Assembly: GCA_965207975.1 (NCBI GenBank) | Contig: OZ242315.1 | Coordinates: 6,203,424 to 6,267,423 of the forward strand | DNA from: Candidatus Poribacteria bacterium | GTDB taxonomy: Bacteria > Poribacteria > WGA-4E > PCPOR2b | Reading direction: 5' to 3' | DNA: 64,000 bases | Shown here: positions 1 to 10,099 of the stretch, one piece after another | How the letters are laid out: each line of letters opens with the position of its first letter | How positions within the stretch are numbered: position 1 is the first letter of the stretch | The notes under the pieces: model-generated | The model's database searches: none | What the model saw: only the letters and a program-made list of their open reading frames with translations | What the model was told of the DNA's origin: nothing | Position numbers and translations under genes: made by a program

Positions 1-2
1 GG

Positions 3-1154
3 TTTAGTTTTCTGCGGATGGGTGTCACCGGACTGACAGCACAAGCCTATGGTGCAAGAGATTCTGAAGAAAGTACCCTCCTCCTGAAGCGGGGAGTGAT
101 GGTTGCACTACTGATCGCGCTGCTGCTCCTGCTTCTTCAATCGTTAATTGCAGCACTCAGTTTTTATCTAATGGACGCTGGTCCTGAGGTCGAAAGACTT
201 GCGCGTTCCTATTTCCACATCCGCCTCTGTGCTGCGCCGGCCACCTTAACCCTGCATGTCTTTCACGGTTGGTTTCTGGGTATGCAGAATGCCAAATATC
301 CGATGCTCATCACCATCATGGTGAATCTTTTGAACCTTGCGTTGAACTTCTTTTTTGTAAAGGTTCTAATGATGACCTCCGATGGTGTTGCCCTTGGAAC
401 GGTGATCGCCCAGTATCTTGGGTTGTTATGCACTATTGGCTTATTTTTGAAGAGATATAGACATCTGTGGGACGGGTGGCATCTAAAAGGGGTGTTACAT
501 CTCCCAGCCCTGAAGCGTTTTTTCAGAATAGGTGGTGATATCTTAATTCGCACGTTTGCGGTGCTTTTCTGCCATGCATTTTTCACGTCAAAGGCTGCGG
601 CGTTAAGTGATACTGCACTTGCCATCAATACCATTCTGTTGCAGTTTATCCATATCTTGGCGTATGGCATTGACGGCTTTGCTTTTGCGGCGGAAAGCCT
701 AGTTGGCAGGTACAAGGGAGCGCGGGAACTAGCTACCTTAAAACGCGCCGTGCGGTATTCGTTCTGGTGGGCACTTATCCTATCGGCGGGCTTCAGCTTG
801 GTTTTTGGCTTGCTTGGGACGCATTTACTGTACCTTTTCACGGACAAAACTGAGCTGCTGATTGGTGCCCGCCCCTACCTAATCTGGATTGCGATAGCAC
901 CGCCCATCAATTCTGTTGCATATATTTGGGATGGGGTTTTTGTCGGTGCCACCGCCTCTGCCGCTATGCGAAACTCGATGTTGGCTTCGATGGTGGTTTT
1001 TCTGTTAGCGTATTTCCTGTTGCAAGGATTGGGAAATCATGGGCTTTGGATGACGTTGACGTTATTTTCGATCGCACGCGGTGCGACGTTAACCTTTTTT
1101 GCACCCAAGCACATCTTTTCATTGAGTCCGCCTCAGAAACAGCGTTTGAGGTAG
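3..1154 (+). CDS. MATE family efflux transporter (DinF-like), 5'-truncated by window edge
   Basis: Frame open from position 3 (FSFLRMGVTGLTAQ, DinF-type motif); many TM segments; DGFAFAAESLVG motif. Confidence 0.9.
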   Translation, partial: FSFLRMGVTGLTAQAYGARDSEESTLLLKRGVMVALLIALLLLLLQSLIAALSFYLMDAGPEVERLARSYFHIRLCAAPATLTLHVFHGWFLGMQNAKYPMLITIMVNLLNLALNFFFVKVLMMTSDGVALGTVIAQYLGLLCTIGLFLKRYRHLWDGWHLKGVLHLPALKRFFRIGGDILIRTFAVLFCHAFFTSKAAALSDTALAINTILLQFIHILAYGIDGFAFAAESLVGRYKGARELATLKRAVRYSFWWALILSAGFSLVFGLLGTHLLYLFTDKTELLIGARPYLIWIAIAPPINSVAYIWDGVFVGATASAAMRNSMLASMVVFLLAYFLLQGLGNHGLWMTLTLFSIARGATLTFFAPKHIFSLSPPQKQRLR

Positions 1155-1269
1155 GGATAATGCGTAGCACATTTTTTTTACGCATTACGTATTACTTTTT
1201 GGAAAACACAGAAAAGTCATAGGAAAATAGTGCCTTTTATATAACACATATTTCTGGAGGACGCTTACA

Positions 1270-2043
1270 ATGGTCTTAAAAGATCGGGTCGCCATTGTCA
1301 CCGGTGCCAGTTCGGGTATCGGACGAGGTATCGCAGTTGAGTTTGCCCGCGAGGGAGCTAAAGTCGTCGTTGCCGATGTCCAAGAAGTTCCCAAACGTGG
1401 CAAATACCATGAGCAAGACACGACGACTCCAACGGTTGAGGAAATTGAGAGATTGGGTGCCCAGGGGTTGTTCGTTCAAACTGATATGTCGGATGACTCG
1501 CAGGTCGAAAGACTGGTTCAGGAGGCGGTTTCACACTTTGGTGAGTTGGACATCCTTGTCAACAATGCTGGCATCCATATCCCCGGTACGAGCCAAGAAA
1601 TTACGATAGCCGATTGGGACAAGGTGGTTGGTGTGAACCTGCGCGGCATTTTTGTGGCGACTAAGTTCGCTATCCCTCACTTGACAAAATCGCAGTATGG
1701 GCGTATCATCCAAATCGCTTCCGTTCACGCTTTCGGTGGTGGCGGTGGTCCAGCTTACGCGTCCGCGAAGGCTGCGCTTGTCAACATGGTACGTGACACC
1801 GCCTTGGAGGTTGGAGGATACGGTGTTACCGTCAACGCAATCTGCCCCGGCTATATTGAGACCGCCATCCAAGATTACTTGACACCGGAACAGATTCGGG
1901 AAGCGAGCGAAAGGACAGCGATGCCGCGTTTCGGTTTGCCACGAGATATTGGTAGGGCATCGGTCTTTCTCGCATCGGATGATGCGGAGTGGATCACCGG
2001 TGCTTCGTTGTTAGTTGATGGTGGATATGTTGCTGCGCTTTAG
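1270..2043 (+). CDS. SDR family NAD(P)-dependent oxidoreductase
   Basis: TGASSGIG, NNAG, YASAK motifs; GGAGG RBS. Confidence 0.95.
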   Translation: MVLKDRVAIVTGASSGIGRGIAVEFAREGAKVVVADVQEVPKRGKYHEQDTTTPTVEEIERLGAQGLFVQTDMSDDSQVERLVQEAVSHFGELDILVNNAGIHIPGTSQEITIADWDKVVGVNLRGIFVATKFAIPHLTKSQYGRIIQIASVHAFGGGGGPAYASAKAALVNMVRDTALEVGGYGVTVNAICPGYIETAIQDYLTPEQIREASERTAMPRFGLPRDIGRASVFLASDDAEWITGASLLVDGGYVAAL

Positions 2044-2053
2044 CAGTGCGAAG

Positions 2054-2120
2054 AGAAACCGAGTTTTTTTTGCCGACTTGTCGAGCATCCCGAGAATCGG
2101 GACTTGAAAACTCGGTTTCT
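2054..2120. repeat. AGAAACCGAGTTTT inverted-repeat hairpin with 33 extra nt in the loop
   Basis: 14-bp arms at 2054-2067 and 2107-2120; same arms at 20737-20770 with a 6-nt loop. Confidence 0.85.
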
Positions 2121-2187
2121 GTTGTACAATTTCCTGACATGAGCCACACTTTTTATACCGTAAATCAAACTGGAAGAGGAGAATTTC

Positions 2188-3261
2188 ATGAATCAAAAAA
2201 CGTATCGTGCTGCCGCGATTGGACATACCGGTGCTGGAAACTACGGACACGGACTTCATTTGCCGTTTCAGGAGTTGGATAACATTGAGTTTGTTGCCAT
2301 CGCCGATCCCGACGAAGCGGGACGGGGTGAGGAGATGGAAAAGACAGGCGTAGAGCGTGGTTACGCCGATTACCGTGAAATGCTCGACAAAGAGGATTTG
2401 GACATCGTCAGCATGGGACCTCGTTGGACGACTGACCACCTTGAGATGCTGTTGGCATGTATCAACGCCGGTTGTCACGTCTACAGCGAAAAGCCGATGA
2501 CGGCAACCCTCGCCGAAGGTGACCAAGTTGTGAAAGCGGCAAATCAGGCAGGGAAAAAGGTTGCCGTGGCGCATCAAGCGGTCTATCTGCCGTCAATTCA
2601 CGCGGTCAAGAAGATGCTGCACGACGGAACGATCGGAACGGTTCAAGCGATTCACGCACACGGCAAACAAGATCAGCGCGGCGGTGGTGAAGATATGATT
2701 GTGCTCGGCACGCATCTGTTTAACATGATGCGCTTTTTCGTCGGAGATGTTGCATGGATGCAGGGGCATGTCACAGAGAATGGGAAAGAGGTTACCCTCG
2801 ACGATGCACGTGATGCGACAGAGCCTGTGGGTCTTATCGCTGGCGACTGTGTCAACAGTTATTTTGCTTTTGAAAGCGGTGTTTCTGGATTGTTTGATTC
2901 GCGAAAGCATGAGGTAAGTGGTGATTACTACGGGATGGAGATTATCGGTGAGGAAGGCAGGATATCAATGCGCGGCGGCGGCGGGGACAATTTGGTCATC
3001 TATCGGCATCCGTGCTGGTCGCCGGCTAATACCGCTCAGAAATGGGAAACGATGGAGGTTGATGACACGCCTTTTTCGAGTGGTAATAACCTTGCAGTCC
3101 TTGATTTGATTGACGCGATTGAAAATGACCGGAAGCCGATTTCCGCGGCGGAAGATGCTGTTGCAGCGTTGGAGATGATTCTCGGTGCTTATGAGTCGCA
3201 ACTAACAGGAGAGCGGGTTTCGTTTCCGATTGAGAATCGGGAGCATCCACTGCAAAGATAA
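2188..3261 (+). CDS. Gfo/Idh/MocA family oxidoreductase
   Basis: N-terminal Rossmann fold, SEKP motif, GGGEDMIVLGTH. Confidence 0.93.
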   Translation: MNQKTYRAAAIGHTGAGNYGHGLHLPFQELDNIEFVAIADPDEAGRGEEMEKTGVERGYADYREMLDKEDLDIVSMGPRWTTDHLEMLLACINAGCHVYSEKPMTATLAEGDQVVKAANQAGKKVAVAHQAVYLPSIHAVKKMLHDGTIGTVQAIHAHGKQDQRGGGEDMIVLGTHLFNMMRFFVGDVAWMQGHVTENGKEVTLDDARDATEPVGLIAGDCVNSYFAFESGVSGLFDSRKHEVSGDYYGMEIIGEEGRISMRGGGGDNLVIYRHPCWSPANTAQKWETMEVDDTPFSSGNNLAVLDLIDAIENDRKPISAAEDAVAALEMILGAYESQLTGERVSFPIENREHPLQR

Positions 3262-3277
3262 CCGCTGGTATTATTAA

Positions 3278-4764
3278 AATTCCATTTACATCTGGGCAAG
3301 AGGCAAAAGCGATGGCAACACCGGCACTGAGTCCTTCTGGTTACAGTTTGATACCCAAATCGGCACCACAGATCACACCGCGGCCCCGAACTTTATGGGT
3401 CGTGGGTTGGGCAATTGGCGTGAAGTTTTCAATGCCGGCATTTACAAGTGGCTCAGTTAGGGCATTCCTCCCCTGACGGTCGTTGAGTGGACGGCAAAAA
3501 AGAGCTGTCTTCACCGAGTCCGTGCTCAACCGAGACAACATCCGCATTTTCTTGATCAGCTGCTGCTAAGCCAGGATCAAGATGAGCAGCCGGACGACGA
3601 TCCTTGGCCAACGGAATTTCCTAGAAGGGATCCTCGCGCTACTGAAGATGGGGAAACCCTCGCAACCGTTTTAGATACACTAAAAAATGATGGACAACCG
3701 GCGGCAGACTCCGGTGTCGGATAGGCATTTTCTAAGACTCCAATTCACCTCAACGATACTTTTACCCTCGACCTCCGCGCAGAAGACATCTCCGATTTGG
3801 CGGGATGGCAGTTTAATATCACCTTTGATCCTGCCATCCTCAAAGCTATTGACGCGACCGAAGGTGACTTCCTCACAACAGGCGGCACCACCACCTTCTT
3901 TCAGGGCGGGAAGATTGATAAAGCAAACGGTAGAATTACGGGACTCAGTGCCGCGCGGATCGCCACCAACGGCGTGAGCGGCAGCGGAGTCCTGCTTCAG
4001 GTGAGTTTCAAGGCGAAATTGGTCGTGAAACAGAATTGACACTGCAAAAGTTCGAGTTTGCCTCTAGCACAGGTGCTGTTATTCCGGCTGGCCCACACCA
4101 CGTCCGCATCGTCGTGGAGGAACCACGGGACCCTGGGGATGTCAACGGGGATGGACGAGTTAGCATTCTGGATATGGTTCTTGTTGCACAGCAGTTGGGC
4201 AACGCCGTATCAGTTGGCTCGCCGGTGGATACAAACGGTGATGGAGTTGTTAGCATTCTCGACCTCATCCGTGTAGCACAAGGGATTGCCGAATCAGCGG
4301 CTGCCCCTCTTGCTTTGAATCTCGATTTTATTGGGGCGGTTGAGACAGAAAGCCTAGATCCTGCAACGATAGCAGCGTGGATAGCACAGGCACGGTTGGA
4401 AGATGACGGTTCACTTGCCTTCAAAGAGGGTATCGAAAATCTTCAAAAACTGCTAGCATCACTGATCCCCGAAGAAACCGCGTTATTGGCAAACTATCCG
4501 AACCCGTTTAACCCGGAGACATGGATACCGTATCAGTTGGCAGAATCAGCAGATGTGGCATTAACAATCTACGATATGAATGGACAGTTAGTGCGCCGTT
4601 TGGCGGTTGGGCATCAGGCAGCGGGTGTGTATCAGAGTCGCAGCCGTGCAGTCTATTAGGACGGACGGAACCAACTCGGAGAGCCCCTCGCTAGTGGTCT
4701 CTATTTCTATACACTAACAGCCGGTAAATTCACAGCGACGCGGCGGATGCTGATTTTGAAATAG
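3278..4764 (+). pseudogene. Decayed secreted protein: unknown domain + cohesin-like + dockerin-like EF-hand repeats + FlgD-type C-terminal domain
   Basis: One frame from 3278 with in-frame TAGs at 3458 and 3722, frameshift near 4020 (KAK/GRETELTL), TAG at 4657 inside AVY*DGRN, natural end RRMLILK-TAG at 4764; DVNGDGRVSILD-type repeat x2; YPNPFNPETWIPY. Confidence 0.85.
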
Positions 4765-5694
4765 TATCAAATGCCCCGATGATGATTGGAATGCTGATGT
4801 TTATTGCCTTGCAGTCATCAGACATGAGCGGTTCGGGTGGGTTGAGCGAGCCTATCCTTATCCTCAGAAGCGAAGTAAGTCAGAATAACCAGCTTCATGC
4901 GAGTTGTGACGATAGACTTTCCTTTTTGCGGATATTCATCAGTTGTTCATAACTGAGCATGGTTTGATAAGGTGTTAGGGATGAACATCCACGACAGCGG
5001 CTATAAGAAACTATTCTCAAATCGTACCATCTTTCGGCAACTGATTGAAACCTTCGTCAACCAAGAGTGGGTACATTCTCTCGATTTCGACACCTGTGAA
5101 CCCCTTGATAAATCCTTTATCTCCGAACACTACAAAGAGACCGAGAGTGATTTAATCTACGAAATCCAGTTTCAGGACCGCGAGGTCTATATTTAGATTC
5201 TCATCGAGTTTCAATCCACCGTTGACCCGTTCATGGCGTTGCGGGTGCTGAACTACATCACCAACTTTTACATGGATTTTCTCGTCAATAACAGCGGTGT
5301 CAACAAACTGCCGGCGGTCTTTCCAATTGTGCTGTACAATGGAAGTACACCGTGGACAGCACCAGTCAACCTTTTGGGATTAATTGAGCGGAACCCACCG
5401 CTCGGCAGGTTCACGTTAGATTTTGAGTATTTCCTGATTGCTGAGAACCAATACAGTCAGGAGGCATTGTTAAAAATCCGAAACATCGTATCGACATTGT
5501 TTTTGGCAGAATCGCATTACGATTTAGATGTGCTGGAGGTGGAGCTGCTGAATCTATTTTCGACTGAGCGGGACAGACAGGCGGTGAGTCTGTTCTTAAA
5601 CTGGTTTAGGCAGTTGGCTTTTCACGGACGGCTTGAATCTGACGATTATGAGTCATTGGAGTCCATTTATCGGACCGAAGAGGAGGTGCAGACG

Positions 5695-5943
5695 ATGTTA
5701 GTCACAGCATTAGAGAAGGAGAGGGAGCGGTTTTTTCAAAACGGTTTGCGTGAGGGCAAGCAGGAAGGACTACTTGAAGGCAAGCAGGAAGGACTGCTTG
5801 AAGGTGAACAGAAAGGGAGAATTGAAACCGCAAAGGCAATGCTTGCTAAGGGAATGGAAATGACGCTCATTGCTGAAATCACAAACCTGCCAGAAGCACA
5901 ACTTTTGGAGTTGAGAGATGGACTTTCCTCAATAAAACAGTGA
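5695..5943 (+). CDS. Putative internally initiated small Rpn protein (Rpn-S antitoxin-like), 82 aa
   Basis: AGGAGG at 5681-5686, 8 nt before in-frame ATG 5695. Confidence 0.55.
   Translation: MLVTALEKERERFFQNGLREGKQEGLLEGKQEGLLEGEQKGRIETAKAMLAKGMEMTLIAEITNLPEAQLLELRDGLSSIKQ
5752..5805 (+). repeat. 24-nt tandem coding repeat (EGKQEGLL, about 2 copies)
   Basis: gagggcaagcaggaaggactactt then gaaggcaagcaggaaggactgctt. Confidence 0.85.
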
Positions 5944-6047
5944 AAACAGTGTTAATCACTTGAATCCGCGATTCAAATGGCTTTGCATCCCGACACAACA
6001 TCGGGGCAATACAGATGCGATTGCTCTGATTTGAACTGCGTTTGATA

Positions 6048-6076
6048 TTGACGTTGCTCTTTTTTCGTGTTAGAAT
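6048..6076 (+). promoter_or_regulatory. Sigma70-like promoter
   Basis: TTGACG-17 nt-TAGAAT. Confidence 0.6.
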
Positions 6077-6101
6077 GAGAGGGTAAACCATCCCGTAGCT
6101 A

Positions 6102-7007
6102 TAGTAGACGCAAGAAATAACGGGACAATAGTTTAGAAGTATGTTATCCTGTTTGCATTATGGCACATTCATCAGATTTACGCACACGCGTCCTTCAATT
6201 CATAGAAAATGGTGGCAGTAAAACAGAAGCGGCAAAACGGTTCAAAGTCGGTCGAACTGCGATTTACCGATGGCTCAATGACCCAGACCCACTCACACCG
6301 GGCAAACCGGGTCCCCGAAAACCGAGACTACTTGACCCAACGGCACTGGCTGAACATGTCAAGGCACACCCTGACCAAACCCTTAAAGAACGCGCCACAC
6401 ACTTTGGGGTTTCACCCGCCTGTGTCGGCTATGGACTCAAAAGACTCGGCTACACGCGTAAAAAAAAACGGTTGGATATAAGGAGCAATGTCCAGAAAAA
6501 CGACAAGCCTATCAGGAGCAACTCGCAACGGCGAAAGCATCAGGCAAAACGCTGATTTACCTCGACGAGACCGGTTTTACAGATGAAACGTTTAGAAGTC
6601 ATGGCTATGCCCCCCGGGGACAATGTGTCCAGGGGTTGATACCCAGCCAAAAGACCCGCACCACCACTTTGATAGTGGCACAACTGAATAATAAGTTGAT
6701 TGCCCCAAAGTTAATATCGGGCAGTTGTAATGCACAACGGTTTAATACATGGCTTGATGAAGCGTTATCGCCACATTTAGATGCCAACAGTCTCGTGATA
6801 ATGGATAATGCACGCATTCACAAGACCACCGAGACCCAAGCATTGATACAAGCCTGTGGTGCTAAGGTGTTATACTTGCCCCCGTATTCGCCGGATTATA
6901 ATCCCGTTGAACAAAAGTTTGCCAATATAAAGAGAGTCCGGTCATACAATGCGGATAAGCCCATTGAGGAGATTATCAATATGTATCGTTAATTGTTAAA
7001 TCTACTA
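6102..7007 (+). mobile_element. IS630 family insertion sequence
   Basis: Termini TAGTAGA...TCTACTA, flanking TA at 6100-6101 and 7008-7009; transposase inside. Confidence 0.92.
6160..6992 (+). CDS. IS630 transposase (two ORFs joined by -1 frameshift at the A9 run, 6460-6468)
   Basis: HTH N-terminus SSDLRTRV; -1 frame gives YLDETGF, VIMDNA, LPPYSPDYNPVE (DDE). Confidence 0.9.
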
Positions 7008-7090
7008 TAAGTTATTATATTGCCTCACAAAATTGCACGGCTTGTAAACCATCTGAATGCTTTAGTGGTTTCTCCAAAGGGGTACAGTCT

Positions 7091-8608
7091 ATGAAATCCA
7101 AAAGACGCATTATCAGCGTTGTGTTGATACTACTTGGCAGCCTGTCTTGGTTGGCAGCCGTCTCGTCAGATGATGCACTTGTATACGTTATCAATATACG
7201 GAATGAGATCGGGAATGGACTCCGCGTGTATATTGACAACGGGATTAAGCGGGCATCGGAGGCGGAGGCGGACGCAATTATATTTGACGTTCATACACCC
7301 GGAGGTGCTGTCGGTGCCGCGCGAGATATTATTGATGCTATCCAGCGCACAGAGATTCCGACGATTGCTTACGTCAACACGGAAGCAATCTCTGCCGGTG
7401 CGATGATTTCCTTGTCGTGTGACCAGATTGTCATGAGGCACGGTGGTGCCATTGGAGATTCAGCACCCGTCTCAATTCAAGGGGAAGAACTGAATGAAAA
7501 GGCAGTTTCTTTTATCCGTGGCAAGATTCGTGCGACAGCGGAACGGAGTGGCAGAAACTCTGACATCGCCGCCGCCATGGTGGATAAACGGCTCTATCTC
7601 GTCAGATTTGCGGATGGCGAGATTATAACGCTTAGGGAGGAAGAATATATCGAACGGAAGGACCTTGGGGAAGAGATGGAAATTATCGCCGCTGGAGGAC
7701 CCGAGGGGGAGCTGCTGACTTTAACAACTGAAGAGGCGTTAGAGTATAACCTAGTGGATGGCGAAGCAGATTCCGTTGAGGATCTGTTGGGTTTGTATCA
7801 GATTGTCGAGGTTGATGGGGAGCGTAAAGCCTTAACGGCAGATGGAATCGTGCAGAAGCAGATGGAGTTTGGTGATGATAATGTCAGAGTAATTAAGTCC
7901 CTAAAAAACGCGACACAGGAGGCAGTTTTGGCAACTCTGGCAGACCGGTTTGTCTTCTTTGTTACCAGTCCAATTATTAGTGGGTTACTACTTACATTGG
8001 GCGGACTCGGATTATTTGTGGAATTTCGGACTCCCGGCTTTGGTGTTCCGGGGATTGCTGGTCTTATTTGTCTTGGGCTGTTTTTCTGGGGGCATAGGCT
8101 CTTGAATATTAGCGCGGACTATGCTGCACTCGCATTCATCATTGGCGTGGGACTGCTTCTGATAGAGTTGTTTGTGATACCGGGGTTTGGCATTGCAGGT
8201 ATCGCTGGCATTGGGCTGATGTTGGGCAGCGTCTTTTTTGTGTTCCGAAGCGCATATAAATTTGAGACAGCAATGTTTACAATGTCCTCCGCGATTATCC
8301 TTGCCTTCGTGCTTGCAGTTGGGCTTTCTTACCTTCTGCCCAAAACCCGTGCATGGAATCATCTCGTCTTGAGTACTGCCATGGATTCGGGTTCAGGGTT
8401 TCATTCCGCGCCGCGGGAGGATTTTCAGGTGTATGTGGGTAAGACAGGGGTTGCTCTTACACCATTGCGCCCTGCCGGTACGGTTCGTGTTGATGACACA
8501 CGACTCGATGTAGTCACTGCCGGTGATTTTATCGTGCGCGACACGCCTGTGAAGATCATCAATGTCGAAGGCTCGAAAATATTCGTCGAAGCGATTGATG
8601 AAACATAG
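7091..8608 (+). CDS. nfeD: Long NfeD-family membrane-bound serine protease (YqeZ-like)
   Basis: Signal peptide, DVHTPGG, AISAGA, EFRTPGFG TM region, TPLRPAG C-terminal domain. Confidence 0.9.
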   Translation: MKSKRRIISVVLILLGSLSWLAAVSSDDALVYVINIRNEIGNGLRVYIDNGIKRASEAEADAIIFDVHTPGGAVGAARDIIDAIQRTEIPTIAYVNTEAISAGAMISLSCDQIVMRHGGAIGDSAPVSIQGEELNEKAVSFIRGKIRATAERSGRNSDIAAAMVDKRLYLVRFADGEIITLREEEYIERKDLGEEMEIIAAGGPEGELLTLTTEEALEYNLVDGEADSVEDLLGLYQIVEVDGERKALTADGIVQKQMEFGDDNVRVIKSLKNATQEAVLATLADRFVFFVTSPIISGLLLTLGGLGLFVEFRTPGFGVPGIAGLICLGLFFWGHRLLNISADYAALAFIIGVGLLLIELFVIPGFGIAGIAGIGLMLGSVFFVFRSAYKFETAMFTMSSAIILAFVLAVGLSYLLPKTRAWNHLVLSTAMDSGSGFHSAPREDFQVYVGKTGVALTPLRPAGTVRVDDTRLDVVTAGDFIVRDTPVKIINVEGSKIFVEAIDET

Positions 8609-8624
8609 GGTATTACCTAATCCC

Positions 8625-9107
8625 ATGTCATGGTTTCTAATTTTCCTTATAGGTCTAGGGGTTTTATTGCTTTTCATTGAAATTGCCTTGCTGCCCGGCT
8701 TTGGGGCGGCGGGTATCCCTGGATTAGTGCTAATTGTCGGAGGTGTCGGGCTCGCGTGGGTGCAGTTTGGATTGAGAACAGGGTTAATTTTTGCGAGTGC
8801 TACGGTTGCGTTGACCATTCCACTGACGATTCTGGCACTTTGGCTTTTCCGACGTACCAGGCTTGGATCGGCATTTATCCTCAATATCGCCGCCGATCGT
8901 GCGGATGGGTTTCAAGCACCGCCCCAAGAATTAGTCAACTTGGTCGGTAAATCGGGTCAATCGATCACTCCCTTACGCCCTGCCGGTACTGCGTTGATTA
9001 ACGATCAGCGGGTTGATGTCGTTACACTCGGTGATTTCATAGATGCCGAGATTGAAATTGAAGTGATTCTCGTTGAAGGAAATCGTGTTGTCGTTAGAAG
9101 TTTGTAA
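8625..9107 (+). CDS. Short NfeD-family protein (TM + C-terminal domain)
   Basis: EIALLPGFG and TPLRPAG motifs, no protease domain; start uncertain. Confidence 0.85.
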   Translation: MSWFLIFLIGLGVLLLFIEIALLPGFGAAGIPGLVLIVGGVGLAWVQFGLRTGLIFASATVALTIPLTILALWLFRRTRLGSAFILNIAADRADGFQAPPQELVNLVGKSGQSITPLRPAGTALINDQRVDVVTLGDFIDAEIEIEVILVEGNRVVVRSL

Positions 9108-9142
9108 AAATAGATATGTGAAATACAAAAAGGAGGTCAAGA

Positions 9143-10045
9143 ATGGCTCCAGAACAGATGTCTCTCCTGTTTCTTGCTATTGTAATCATCGTTGGGTTGC
9201 TAGTTATCTTCTGGGTTGTGCCTGTCGGGTTATGGATTGCTGCTATTTTCGCGGGTGTACGGGTCCGCATTATCGAGTTGATTGGTATGCGTCTCCGTCG
9301 GGTCAGTCCGCCGGTGATCGTGAATGCACAGATCAGTGCCCATAAAGCAGGATTGATCCTTGATATGGAACGATTGGAAGCTCACTACCTCGCGCGTGGC
9401 AATGTCATTCGTGTGGTTAACGCCTTGATTGCCGCCGACAAGGCAAAGATCGATCTCGGTCTCCAGCAAGCAACGGCGATTGATTTAGCGGGACGCGACG
9501 TGCTTGATGCTGTTCAGGTGAGCGTGAATCCCCGCGTCATTACAACGCCCAAGATTACGGCGGTCGCGCTTGATGGGGTCCAGCTCATTGCTACGGTACG
9601 GATCACCGTGAGAGCAAACATCAACCGACTTGTCGGGGGTGCCGGTGAGGAGACGATTATCGCACGCGTTGGTGAGGGCATCGTTAGCGCGATTGGTGCT
9701 TCAGAGACATACGAGGATGTTCTGGAAAATCCCGACATCATTTCTAGAACTGTGTTAGATCGAGGTCTTGATTCAGGAACAGCCTTTGATATTCTCTCCA
9801 TTGACATCGCCGATGTGAATGTTGGGAAAAACATCGGTGCCGAGCTACAAGCAGAACAAGCGGAGGCGGACCTCGTTGTTGCACAAGCCAAAGCGGAGGA
9901 ACGTCGCGCCATGGCGGTTGCACGCAAACAGGAGATGACAGCGAACGTACAAGAGATGCGTTCTAGAGTTGTTGAAGCAGAAGCGGGGGTTCCCCGTGCA
10001 ATTGCCGGTGCATTTCGGGACGGAAATCTAATCGGTCAGAATTAA
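9143..10045 (+). CDS. floA: Flotillin-like protein FloA (YqfA family), copy 1
   Basis: [35 protein letters not shown]; AGGAGG RBS. Confidence 0.92.
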   Translation: MAPEQMSLLFLAIVIIVGLLVIFWVVPVGLWIAAIFAGVRVRIIELIGMRLRRVSPPVIVNAQISAHKAGLILDMERLEAHYLARGNVIRVVNALIAADKAKIDLGLQQATAIDLAGRDVLDAVQVSVNPRVITTPKITAVALDGVQLIATVRITVRANINRLVGGAGEETIIARVGEGIVSAIGASETYEDVLENPDIISRTVLDRGLDSGTAFDILSIDIADVNVGKNIGAELQAEQAEADLVVAQAKAEERRAMAVARKQEMTANVQEMRSRVVEAEAGVPRAIAGAFRDGNLIGQN

Positions 10046-10099
10046 GAATTAGTGCCGATAAGTCGGGATTTACATGCTAATCCCCAAAGGAGGTTTCAG

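Larger units (their letters stand above)
4981..5943 (+). pseudogene. Rpn family (YhgA-like) PD-(D/E)XK nuclease with in-frame amber stop at 5194-5196
   Basis: HDSGYKKLF, ESDLIY, VYI*ILIEFQS, PAVFPIVLYNG, EGKQEG tail; ORFs 4972-5196 and 5233-5943 share one frame. Confidence 0.88.

Noticed and set aside
3458-5196. Four premature stops within 1.8 kb are all TAG, suggesting amber recoding
   Set aside because: Many intact genes here end in TAG (1154, 2043, 8608, 11125, 13932), the implied residues differ (Trp, probably Tyr), and one gene also has a frameshift; decay is simpler.
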